Assembly (NCBI GenBank): GCA_951406725.2
Contig: OX597821.1
Location: 95,790,001 to 95,854,000, forward strand
From: Octopus vulgaris
Lineage: Eukaryota
Length of the DNA stretch: 64,000 nucleotides
Direction: 5' to 3'
Shown: piece by piece, positions 37,405 through 49,087 of the stretch
Layout of the letters: every line of letters starts with the position of its first letter
How positions within the stretch are numbered: position 1 is the first letter of the stretch
Position numbers and translations under genes: made by a program
The notes under the pieces: model-generated
The model's input: only the letters and a program-made list of their open reading frames with translations
Told to the model about the DNA's origin: nothing
The model's database searches: none

Positions 37405-37789
37405 TATTTGTGAAGGTATGTGTATGTGTATGAATTGTTGGACAGGATGTGTATAGTGAGTGATATACATTCAGAAGAATTTGTAAATATGGATGTGTGT
37501 ATGTGTGTGGCATTAACTAGTGTATTTTGGGTAGCCAGAATGTACAGTGTGCACATGGCTATATATGTGGAAACAGTGTATATTTGTGTGCATGTGTGTA
37601 GGGGGGTTATCTGTTCAAACAGTGTATGTTTGTGCATCTGTGTGCTTGTGGTTGTGTATTTAAAAATGCATATATTTTATGTGTATAGGTGAAAATCATG
37701 ATGACAGTGATATGCATGTGTAGTTATCTTTCCATAAAAGAGAAATGTGTGTGTGTGTGTCTATACACCTCTATTCATATATATAAGGA

Positions 37790-37831
<42 letters not shown>

Positions 37832-37833
<2 letters not shown>

Positions 37834-38890
37834 AAGGATGTTCCCTGGTTCAAGTGAATCTCTGAGGATTCTTGCATGTTCAGCTATGCATAACTTACAA
37901 CGCTTCATCCTGTTGATTTATAGGCTTGGGTTCTGGAGGATTTTCCATGAGATTGTGTATGGAATCCCATCAACTCTTAGTTGCCAGATCTGGCCGGCCA
38001 ATGATGTCACATATCTCATTTCTGGCACTCTGAAGGAGGACCTGTGGTTGGAGAGACATCGCTTAAAAGAGTTCCTAGAACATCCAATATGTCTCCATGG
38101 TTGTGTGTTGTTGGTGCAGTATGTGTTGTTATTGTTGTTGTTGCTGCTACAGCTGACATTGTTGTCTTTGGAGCCGGGGCTGTTGGTGTTGGTGTCAATG
38201 GAGGTGATGTTAGCATTGGTAATGGTATCCCCACTGCTGGTTATGGTGAAGGCACTGTTGTGTTATTGTGTTATTGTTGATAATGCTGGTGCTGATGGCA
38301 ATGCTGCTGCTGTTGTTGTTATTGTTTGGGATGTTGCCATCGGAGGAACTGCCAATGGAGATACATTGAATGTTCTGGGAACTCTTTTAAGCAACATCTC
38401 TCCAACCACAGTTCCTCCTTCAGAGTTCTGGAAAGAAGATACATAACATCACTAGCCAGCCATTTCTGGCAACTAAGAGATGATGGGATTCCATACTCGA
38501 TCTCATGGAAAAGAACTCAGGCCTCTACATCAACGGGATGAAGCATTGCAAGTTATGCATAGCTGTACATGCAAGAATCCTAATAGACTCACTTGCACCA
38601 GGGAATATCCTTAATTCCAGAATGGATTTTTTCGGACAATGTTTATATTTCAAGAGGCTTCTACTAGCCTTCTGGTGCCCGCAAGATTGTGGCACAACTG
38701 GAAGTTAATAGCCATTATCAAAGGGAGATAATTCCCAGTTGTTATCTTTGAGTAGCGAGGCATTTCCCCCTCCATATTTTTAAGAGGTCTTGGGCCAACA
38801 GGTTTTCAGGATCTGACAATACGCCATAAAGCTAAACCCTTTATAGACAGGAAACCTAAGGTAATCCCATAAACCAGCCTTCTCTATTTT
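37832..38890 (+). mobile_element. Penelope-like retroelement remnant: GIY-YIG endonuclease C-terminus plus inverted partial copy
   Basis: The + strand from ~38355 to ~38700 gives WRYIECSGNSFKQHLSNHSSSF..TSLASHFWQLRDDGIPYSISWK/..HCKLC..ILNSRMDFFGQC (frameshifted). The - strand at 37832-38100 gives WRHIGCSRNSFKR..ISWKIL..CKLC. Flanked by (TA)n. Confidence 0.8.
38801..38875 (+). ncRNA. Degenerate type I hammerhead motif downstream of a Penelope-like GIY-YIG remnant
   Basis: GGUUU..GGAU-CUGACAA-...AUAAAG..CUUUAU...-GAA-ACC-UAA-GGU-A-AUCC..AAACC. The core carries G8->A and the base of helix II is eroded. Confidence 0.5.
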
Positions 38891-38948
38891 TAATATATAT
38901 ATATATAGATATATATGTCTGTGTGTGTATATATACATATGTGTGTGC

Positions 38949-38996
<48 letters not shown>

Positions 38997-39075
38997 CTCT
39001 ATCTATCTCTCTATCTATCTATCTATCTATCTATCTATATGTATATACAAACACATATGCATATATATATGTTTT

Positions 39076-39128
<53 letters not shown>

Positions 39129-40989
39129 GTGTGTGTATATATATATATATATATATACGCACACTCACACAAACACATATATGTATGTACGTATTTTAAA
39201 CAGATGTTTCCTTCATGTGGTTGTGTTTGAAACTGGAGACATAACGTATGTATATAGCAATAAACAACCCCCACCACCCACAAAAAATAACCGAGTATGC
39301 ATGGTAGGTTTGAAACCCAGACATCCCACTTTGCATCATTTGCTCCTTATTTGTATCGGTGATTTCCTTCTTGAGCAATGGCCCAGACAGATATCAAAGA
39401 TCCACTGGACTGACATGATCCCTGAGAAATGACATGGGGACTGAGCCCTCTCTAATGACCCAACAACCCATTAAAAGTCACTGGATATTTTCATTTTCAC
39501 ACACACAGACATGTTTATATATTTAAAGAATGTTTTTTATAAATATAAAACAGTGGATATAATTTGAAGAAAAGACTCAAGTCATCATTAATATCATTAT
39601 TATTATTGTCTATGTTTATGTACTAAGTTCAAATTTCGTTGTGGTAGACTTTACCTTTCATCCTTTCAGAGTCAACAAAATTAGTTAATTAGTACCAGTT
39701 GAGCACTGGGGGCAATGCAATTAATTATTCCCCTTCCCCAAAATTTCAGGCCTTGTACCTATAAGGGAAATATTATTAATATTATTAATTATTTTATTGA
39801 CTGTAACTTTGAAGTTTTGCAAGTAGTTGACTTTGTCAGGCAACAGTCTTGATAAGGCCAACTACTGAGGAAACCTTAAAGTCACTGGCAAAGCTTGCTC
39901 CCTGACCCCCTGGTTCTAGGTTCCATGTGGCATCTTGGGCAAGTGTCTTCTACTATCTCCCCAGGCTGACCAAAGCCTTGTGAGTAGATTTTGTAGATGG
40001 GAACTGAAAGAAGCCTGTAGCATATATATATGTTTATACCTATGTGTGCATCTTGTGCATGCATCTGTTTACATTGCTATAACCTAACGGTTTAGAGAAA
40101 AGAAAACGATAGAATAAGTAGCAGGCCTTAGAATACAAAAAGTATTGCGGTTGATTTCTTTGACTAAACTCTTCAAGGCAGTACCCCAGCATGGCCAAAG
40201 TTTAATGACTGAAACAAATGGATAACAAGTGAAAGACATTAATATACACATTCACATCCATACACAGATATGTAATTATCATCATTTTTTTTGTCTACTT
40301 TTCATATTGATATTAATTGAGAAAGTTTTCATGGTCCATATTAGTTCTTGTTCAGAGTTTCTGCTCTCCAAGATGGATTAGATGACCACGTTTCACTTGT
40401 ATATTCTATTTTTGGCATAGTTTCTGCAGCTGGTGGTCCAATCACTTTGCAGAGTATACTGAGGGTATTTTATCATGGTACTGATAACTATGCTGCATTG
40501 GATATGCGATATAAGTATCCACGAATGACATAGTACAAATGTGCTGAAAGAAAAAGTAGGCTTAAAAGGAATTAGATGTAGTGGACAATAAAGAAGACTG
40601 TGTTGATATGGACAGCTGTATGGATGAGGACAGTTATATAAAGAAGTAGTTCTTACATAAAGAAGTGCTTAATGTGAATGGAGTTTGCAGAAGAAGGAAA
40701 CCCAGGAAGACAGAGGACGAATGGTTGAAGGCTGCTCCCAAGACCTTGAACCTCATGGAGGAGATGAGAAGGGACCAGGTAACTGGTGATATGTGGATAT
40801 CGAGAAAACCTGCCCACATCAGCAAAACTAAGTTCTGTGTGTGCTGTATGAATATTATATGCAGTGGCCCAGCAACAAAATTTGCTAAGGGGGTGCAAAC
40901 CCAGGTCCTAATTTTTTAAATGAAAAATGTGGATTTTTCCAATGTTAACATTAAAACAAATGCAGGTATAATAATAACTTTTATTATAA

Positions 40990-41440
40990 TGAGGGTCTGC
41001 TGAAATGTTCATAATCTGAGTAAGACACTCTCAATGGAATGTGACCAAATGAAGTTCATTTCCTAACATAGTTCCTCTTACTGTCCACACACTTCCATAA
41101 GTAGTTGCAGTGCTTGGGTCGCACTGGTGAAGAAGCTTTTCTGTTGATCAAAATGGTCATCAACAACAGATAAGATGTTCTCATCATAGTGATACTGGTG
41201 CTCAGCTGAGTGTTTTTTCTATGTTGGGAAACAGATGATAACCAGAAGGAACTAAATCACTAACATAGGGAGGGTGATCAACCAGTTCAAAGCCAGTCGC
41301 ACACAGCAGCCATTGAAACCAGGGATTTGCATGCTGAAGCATTGTGCAAATGAAACAAGACTCCATTCATCAGTTTTTCTGGGTGTTTGGTCTTGATAGC
41401 CTTTCATAACTTCCTTAGGAAGTTGGTATTGAAATTTTCC
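40990..41440 (-). mobile_element. mariner 3' end remnant
   Basis: TIR-like atgagggtctgctgaaatgttc; reverse strand encodes WKCVDSKRNYV, resembling the mariner C-terminus. Confidence 0.6.
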
Positions 41441-42424
41441 ATCGATGGTGTAATCATTTTGAAGATAGCCAATAAACACAATATTTTTTGCATTAATGCA
41501 TAGTATATGTAATAATGTGAAGTATATTTTGCATATTAAAATGTTTAATTTTGGAAATGTATCAATCAGAGTTAACATAAGCAGTAAAAATGCAAATTGC
41601 AAGTATTTCAAAATGACAAAAACTAACAAAAAAAAAAAGCAGGAAGAAAATAGTGGTGCTTGTGTTCCAAAGGTACAATGAGAAGGCTCAGGAGAAGGAT
41701 AGAGAGATGGGGTAGAGGGAAGGAAGTTAGAAAGAAAGAAAAGAATGAAAAGTGAAAAGATAAACTGGGGATCTGAAATGAGTACTAGGCAGGAGTTTGG
41801 CCCCTGTGCCGGTGGCACGTAAAAAAGCACCCAATACACTCTCAGAGTGGTTGGCATTAGGAAGGGCATCCAGCTGTAGAAACACTGCCAGATCAGACTG
41901 GAGTCTGGTGCAGCCTCTTGGCTTTCCAGGCCCCAGTCGAACCGTTCAACCTATGCCAGCATGGAAAATGGACATTAAACAATGATGTTTTACCTATGCA
42001 TAAGGTCAAGTAGAAAAACGATGAGTGATAAAAAATTGGATTGTCTTTTGGTACCAAAAAAGTGAAGAAAGAGAGTAGAGAAGGTTAGGGAAGAGCAAGT
42101 AGGAAGAAAGAGAGAGTGCGGAGAAATAAGGGAATAAAGATAGACGGTAGGTAGTTGACAGAGATGGACAGAGGAAAAAATGGAAGGCAGTAAAGAGAGA
42201 AAAGCAGCAGATAGGTAGAGAGGTATGTAGAGGGGAGAGGAGAAGGACAAAGAAATAGATAGAAAAGAGAGACAGTCTTGCACCAAATATTGAACACTGT
42301 GTAGGGTACCACTGAGTGGGAACAGAAGTGGCTGTGTGATATTCCATTGACTAACAGCCATAAAATGTTGCACAGAAACTCAACACACACACACACACAC
42401 ACATATATAATGATAAAGGAAATT

Positions 42425-44665
42425 GTTGTATACAGTGTTCAGGTGCACTACAACTAAAAAGAAAACAAAATGGCCATCAGGTGTACTGTTGGCGGATTTC
42501 AGGATACATGGAAGTTTTGAAGGATGTAGTGTCTCGACAGCTAACAACTGTTGCGTGTGGTTTATTCCATGCTTCTGCAATTCTGAGCATGAAAAATTGT
42601 TTCTGAAAGTCGTAGGTGCTGTGTTGTTTTTTGATTTTATAAGCATGTCCGTGAGTGTTTGTCATATGGAATTCAAAAAGGTACTCAAGGTTGTTGTTGG
42701 AAATATGGTGGATAGTCTTGTGGGTGTCAATCAAGTCAGTTGCCAGACGTCTGGGCTTCAATGTATCCATGCCCAGGAATGCAAGACGTTCAGAGTATGG
42801 TAGATGTCTGACGGTGGGTATTTGCTTTGCTGCACATTTCTGAACAGTTTCCAGGAGATTTATATGCTGACTGGTGGATGCAAATTCCAAGTGTGGACAT
42901 ACCATTATTGTGTACAATTTTAAATAGATAACTGGAGAGTGGCTGACAAAGGTCTTACTGAGTGATGCTAGCACCCACTCAGCCTTTTTGACAATCTTTG
43001 ACATGTCGTTTGTCCAATGCAGATTATTGTTTACAATAATACCCAGATCATGTCCACTAGAAGACTTCTTGAGAATGGTGTTGCTGAGGGAGTATGTAAA
43101 GGCTGGATTTTTCCTCCCAAAATACATGGTGATATACTTGTCTACAGCTAGCTTGATTTGCCAGTCAGAGGTCCACTGCTGCACTGTATCCAGGTCTGAT
43201 TGCAGGATAAGATCTGTTCTTTTTATTTCAAGGTACAGCTTGGTGTCATCTGCATATTTCAGCACTGAAACATTCCTCAAATTGACATCTATATCATTAA
43301 TATATGCAACCAACAGTAAGGGTCCAAGAACAGATCCCTGTGGTACACCAGAAGTAATCTTGTAGGGTGAAGAACAATGTCCTAGAACCATAACTACATC
43401 TTTCTGGCCGAGAATGAAGGACTACAAAGCCAGTTATAGAGATCATACTTCACACTCACTGCAGGGAGTTTTACCATGAGTCGTTTTTGTGGTACAGAGT
43501 TGAAGGCTTTAGCAAAATCAGGGTAGACAGTATCCACCCATGAGCTGGAGTTGGGGATAAAAACAAATTGTGAGGGGTAAATAAGGCTGTGAGAGCACAA
43601 AAAGTTCCAGAGTGTTTCCCTGACACAGGACTCCATCAGTTTGGTGATGCAGCTAGTAAGGCTGACTGGAGGGTAGTTGACAGGTGATGTGCGATCACCT
43701 GTTTTGAACAGGGGAATAACACTGGCAATTTTCCAGTGCTCTGAAGTGACACAGTTGTTAAGGCAGAATTGACAAAAGGAAGAAAGCTGGTGCAATAGAA
43801 AGAACCCACAACGTTTGAGAAGAAAATAAGTTACACCATCAAGACCAGGAGAGGCATAATTGCGCTTATTCTTGAGGTGGTCTCACAGCATTGTGGGTGT
43901 GAAGTTCACAGATGTTATGGAATTTAATGTCAGAGTTGGTGAAGAAGATACATTGGGGTTATCAGCAGTAAAAATGCCAGCATAGCATTCAGCAATAAGC
44001 TCAGTGCATTCCTTGGTGTCATCAGTCATCTGACCTGTGTGGGGAACGTGAAGAGGGCCAGTTAGGGAGTGAGAACTCTGTTTTGAACGCACATATTTTC
44101 AGAACACTTTGCTGTCAGGGCTATCTGCTAGTTGCTATACATCATTCAAACTCAAGCACTGCCTTTTTCGTTGCTTGCTTGAGTCGGTTAGATGATCTGT
44201 TGCATCTTCTTCTGCTCTCATCTGTTCTATGCTGTCTGTATTTCTGTTCAGCATCACAACGATCTTTCCTGGCAAGTCAAACTGCTGCAGTCTCCCAAAT
44301 TGCATTGTTTTTATTTCTAGAGCGTTTGTACAGTAGTGATGCTTCACATGCAATCCAGACTGCACTGAGGATATTTTGAAAAACAGTATTGATATCCCCT
44401 GGATTGTAAAATTCAAACCAGTTTAGGTGTCGTAACTCCTTACGGTAACAGTTCCAGTCAAAGCGAGTGGCTTGACGGTGGTGGTGCTTCTTGTTTCTGT
44501 CTACAAGAGACAGAATGGCAATGATCATAGCATGATTGGAGTCACTTAGAGGTTCCTTTGTCACAACACTGATAACAGTTCTAGGAGAGGTGGTAAAGAG
44601 CAGGTCCAAATGGTTATTACCAACGAAACGTTTCCCATTCAATTTCAGGGTGGCTGAAGTCACCA
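42425..44665 (-). mobile_element. CR1-type LINE remnant (endonuclease tail and RT)
   Basis: Motifs SGVPQGSVLGPLL, KYADDTKLY, DFAKAFNSVP, NYxPVSLTS and HLDLLFT..SDSNH; fragmented by stops and deletions. Confidence 0.9.
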
Positions 44666-44904
44666 GTAATGAAAATATATGTGGCTGTTATATATATAGA
44701 ACATCTAGCATTGTAGGTGTTCTAACACCAGCTGGGCGGTAAGAATAGGCACAGACATGGTTATGTGGTGGGAAACTTGCTTCCCAACTACATGGTTCCT
44801 GGTTCAGTCCCACTGCATGACACCTTCGGCAAGTGTCTTCTACTATAGCCTTAGGCTTACTAAAGCCTTGTGGGAGCATTTGATAAACAGAAACTGAAAG
44901 AATC

Positions 44905-45134
44905 CGGCGAGCTGGCAGAATCGTTAGCACGCCGGGCAAAATGCTTAGCAGTATTTCTTCTGCTGCTATGTTCTGAGTTCAAATTTCGCCGAGGTCGACT
45001 TCGCCTTTCATCCTTTCGAGGTCAATTAAATAAGTACCAGTTACGCACTGAGGTCGATATAATTGTCTTAATCCATTTGTCTGTCCTTGTTTGTCCCCTC
45101 TGTGTGTAGCCCCTTGTGGACAGTAAAGAAATAG
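44905..45134 (+). mobile_element. SINE family C nested in a family A SINE
   Basis: 12-bp TSD gaaactgaaaga at 44890-44901 and 45135-45146. Confidence 0.85.
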
Positions 45135-45234
45135 GAAACTGAAAGACGCCCATCGTGTATATATATATATATTTATATATATATATAGACATACATATAT
45201 ATATACATATATATATATACATATATATAATCCT

Positions 45235-46196
45235 CCTCCTCATCATCATCGCTTTATGTCTGCTTTCCATGCTGGCATGGGTTGGACTGTTTGACTGAGG
45301 ACTTGAGAACCAGAGGCTGCACCAGGTTCAGTCTGATCTGGCAAAGTTTCTACAGCTGGATGCCCTTCCTAATGCCAACCACTCTGAGACTGTAGTGGGT
45401 GCTTTTACCTGCCACCAGCATGAGGGCCAGTCAGGTAGTTCTGGCAACGAACACGCTCAAGAGGTGTTTTTACGTGCCACTAGCACATGTGCCAGTAAAG
45501 CAAGGCTGGCAATGGTCATGCTCGAATGGTACTTTTCATGTGTCACCAGCATGGGAGCAAATCTGTGGCCCTGGCAATGACCGTGCTTGGATGTGCTTTT
45601 AACGTTCCACTGGCATGAGTGCCAATCAGGCGGTACTGTCATCGGCCATGTCAGCGATTTTGATTTGTTTACACTTGCCTCGATAGGTCTTTGCAAGTAA
45701 AATTCATTGTCCAATGAATGAGGGGTACTCATAAGTGGGCCGGTTACACCCCACGTTTGGATGTGCTTTTAATGTTCCACTGGCATGAGTGCCAATCAGG
45801 CGGTACTGTCATCGGCCACATCAGCAATTTTGATTTTGATTTCACTTGCCTTAATAGGTATTCACAAGCAATGTTAATTGTCCAATGAATGAGGGGGTAT
45901 TCATAAATGCGCTGGTTATACCCACTGGCATAGGCCATGGGCTATGGTCTCACTTGGCTTGTTGGGCCTTCTGAAGCACAGCATATCTCCAAAGGTCCCA
46001 GTCACTAGTCATTGCCTTGGTAAGGCCCAATTTTGAAAGGTCGTGCTTCACCACCTCATCCTAGGTTTTCCTGAGTCTACCTCTTCTACAGGTTCCCTCA
46101 ACTGCTAGGGTGTGACACTTTTTCATGCAGCTGTCCTCATTCATTCACAACACATGACCATACCAGTGCAGTCATCTCTCTTGCACACCTCATCTG

Positions 46197-46200
<4 letters not shown>
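45235..46200 (-). mobile_element. RTE LINE 3' end with internal ~170-bp tandem duplication
   Basis: Same tail family; 45586-45750 is repeated at 45757-45925. Confidence 0.8.
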
Positions 46201-46250
<50 letters not shown>

Positions 46251-46334
46251 GTGGATCTTGCATGCATGTTAAATTAACACTGCAACAGAACTTTTCCCAC
46301 AGTGGAACAAAGGTGTTTCTGTGACAGCAGTTTT

Positions 46335-46686
46335 ACATTTTCCAGGTAATCTTGCCCCCATCCTCCATGAAATCTCCTTCCCCTGTCCTCAGAAATTTCC
46401 AGGAAGTGTTTTCCTAAGTAATTTCCATGGAGTAATTCCTCCTCTGAACTTTCGAGGTAATTTCGTCCCCTTGGACTTTTCCAGGTATTCTTATTCCCAC
46501 CCTTGGACCTTTCCAGGTAATCTTATCCTGGATACTTTCCAGGAATTCCTCCCGCCAGAACTTTCCAGGGTGTATCTTTCCCCTTCCTCGAAACTTTCCA
46601 GGCAGTAGTTTTTCGGAACTTTGCAGGAAATTCTGCCACCTCCCCCGGACTTTTCCAGGTGATCTTTTACCTGGAACTTTCCAGGA
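46335..46686. repeat. Array of ~12 palindromic (CCTGGA)ACTTTCCAGG motifs with variable spacers
   Basis: Motif recurs at ~46339, 46375, 46421, 46448, 46475, 46507, 46534, 46559, 46592, 46617, 46649 and 46675. Confidence 0.8.
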
Positions 46687-47049
46687 AAGAGTGGTTATGC
46701 ACCTTCTGTCATTTGAGTCTAACAAATTACCTATATTGTTAAGTGCTTTATGCGTGAGAAACCAATGGTCACTCTATGACGGGCCATAACAATTGACTTC
46801 CTAAAAAAGATATATTACTGCTCTAATGCTTTAGAGCATACTTCCTTTTCAGACATATGACCTACAATATATATTATTGGCTCTTGCTCTGGATGTTGTA
46901 TGAGATTGAGGAAATTGTAATTCATTGTAATCCATTGAATAAACTACATACCAAAGCTCTATGCTAGATGGCAAGTATTTTCACAAATCTTCTTTTCAGG
47001 TAATGAAAAAAGTTCCACAACAACTACCTTCCCACTGTCACTCCCAAGT

Positions 47050-48900
47050 ATAGAATTTCAAGGCTGCTACCATCAACATTGGCACAATGAAAAGAGTGGT
47101 GAGATTATTGAAACACTGGAGCAATGCAATGCTAAAGTGTGCGCTGTGCAAGAAAAGAAATAAGATGGTTGGGGGAGGGGGCAGAGCCTTGGCTAGATTC
47201 CTCATGGGTAAGCAACAGAGGTTCAAATTCTTCTGGGTAAGTAGGAGTGATAGAATGGGTGGTGTAGGCATATTCCTAACAGAAAAGTGAGTAGATAAGA
47301 TAATTGATAGGGTAATTAAGCTGAGATTTATCATAGAAAAATTAACAGTTACATTTACCTCTGTCTATGCTCCTCAGTCTGGGCTGGCAGATAAGCAGAA
47401 GGACCAATACTATGAGGTCCTTTTGTAGACTATCTCAACAACAAATGAGAGAGAGACTTCGTTATTGTGGCTGGTGACTTCAATGGACATCTTGGACAAC
47501 ATCCCTATGGATTCCATGGACAGCATGGTGGTTATGGCTTTGGCCCTCAGAATGAGGAGGGAACAAGGCTGCTGGAGTTTTGTGATGTAAATCTCATGAC
47601 CTGCAACACTAACTTCAGAAAACCAGCAAGCCAGCCACCAAATCACTCATCATTCTGGGGGCCACGTAAGCCAGATTGATTACCTCCTCGCCAGGTAACA
47701 AGATAGACAGATGCTTGCAAATGCAAAGTGTTTCCCAGGTGAAGAGTGTACAACCCAACATAGGTTGCTAGTTAGTGACTTCAGAATTAGAGCTAAAAGG
47801 ACACAGTGAAATAAACTATTCTGGAAAAAATTATGGAAACTCAAAGGCCCAACAAACAGACAGAAATTTGAAAAAGGTGGCGAGCTGGCAGAAACGTTAG
47901 CATGCTGGGCAAAATGCTTAGCGGTATTTTGTCTGCCATTATGTTCTGAGTTCAAATTCAGCCGAGGTCAACTTTGCCATTCATCCTTTTGGGGCCAATT
48001 AAATAAGTACCAATTACACACTAGGGTTGATATAATTGACTTAACTCGTTTGTCTGTCCTTGTTTGTCTCCCCTGTGTGTAGCCCCTTGTGGGCAGTAAA
48101 GAAATAAATAAGAAATTTAGAGATGTCCTAATGAAAGCTTCTGATGAAAGGGATGGAGGACATATAGCTTAAAGTATAAGTGGAAGTTCCAGTAGGACAA
48201 TCTGTGGATGGTGAAAAGTCCCAGCTAGGCTGAAGGTGACATGGTGGTGGAACAAGGAGGTAGACAGTGTATAAAAGCAGAGACAGGCCTGGAAAGACTG
48301 GAAAAATGGTGGAGGCAGAGAATTATATCAGGTAGCCAGAAGGGAAGGTTGGCAACAGGTTTGTAAAGCAAAAGGAATAGCAGAAGGTAAGAGATTCGCA
48401 AATGTTCTACAGTATGAGAATCAAAGGTGTGAAGTGTTCAATATTGCAAAGCAGTATATCAAAGAGAATAGAAATGTGTGCGAATGGATAATGGTATGCT
48501 TTTACTTGTGACTCAGCGAAGAAAGATGCATGGAAATGTCACTATGGAAGGTTACTAAATGGAAAATGCATGGGAAAAGGAGGATCTTTCGGATATAGAA
48601 CAACCTGAGGGAGGTTTGCTTGAGTTTGTGGATAGTTTCTGTTACCTAGGTAACCAAATTAGCAATGATGGAGGATGATCTAATGTATTGTTTCTAGGAA
48701 AAGAATAGGATGGAGGAAGTTCAATGAGGTTTTACCTCTGCTGACATCGAAAGAATTCTCTCCCAAAGGGAAAAGTAGATTGTATGATGCTTGTCAATGA
48801 ACAGCTATACTCCATGGTTAGTGAGACCTGGGCCCAGAATGCTGAAGACATGTACACGAGAAAGGAATGAAGGTAGCATGCTTGGTTGGATGTGCATATA
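47050..48900 (+). mobile_element. RTE LINE remnant (APE endonuclease to RT C-terminus), interrupted by a SINE
   Basis: Motifs GGVGIFL, SVYAPQ, AGDFNGHLG, GYGFGxxNEEGTRLLEFC and VDSFCYLG. Confidence 0.85.
47876..48110 (+). mobile_element. SINE family C nested in an RTE LINE
   Basis: TSD agaaattt at 47862-47869 and 48111-48118. Older copies at ~16130-16330, 37140-37340, 39620-39770 and 52095-52295. Confidence 0.85.
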
Positions 48901-49087
48901 CAACAAAGTGCAAAAGTTAGACATAAAGTGAAGTGCTGGGGTTGATACAACTAACTAAACATCTCCCCTTATAATTGCTGGCCTTGTGCCCAAATTTGAA
49001 ACAGTATGACTGGCTGTATACTTGAGAATAGAGCCTCAGTATGCTCATGGTGCAATGATTAAAGACCTGGATATATATATATATATA

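Larger units (their letters stand above)
26920..39830 (+). repeat. Left arm of inverted segmental duplication
   Basis: Reverse complement matches ~51190-64000 collinearly across exons, introns and shared SINEs/LINEs. Position 64000 maps to ~26920. Confidence 0.95.

Noticed and set aside
37790-38446. 218-aa ORF with hydrophobic stretches
   Set aside because: Off-frame reading of the inverted Penelope remnant and (GTT/GGT)n repeats.
39190-39480. TA-flanked block as another hammerhead element (mirror at 51370-51660)
   Set aside because: A GAAAC..GUC-like segment is present in one copy, but no CUGANGA core or helix I partner was found.
41252-42402. 205-aa and 127-aa hydrophobic ORFs on the - strand
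   Set aside because: Span an RTE tail, a purine-rich low-complexity tract and a mariner remnant; no coherent protein.
46335-46686. CRISPR array
   Set aside because: Eukaryotic context, short degenerate repeats, spacers too short and variable, and no cas genes. Kept as an unexplained array.
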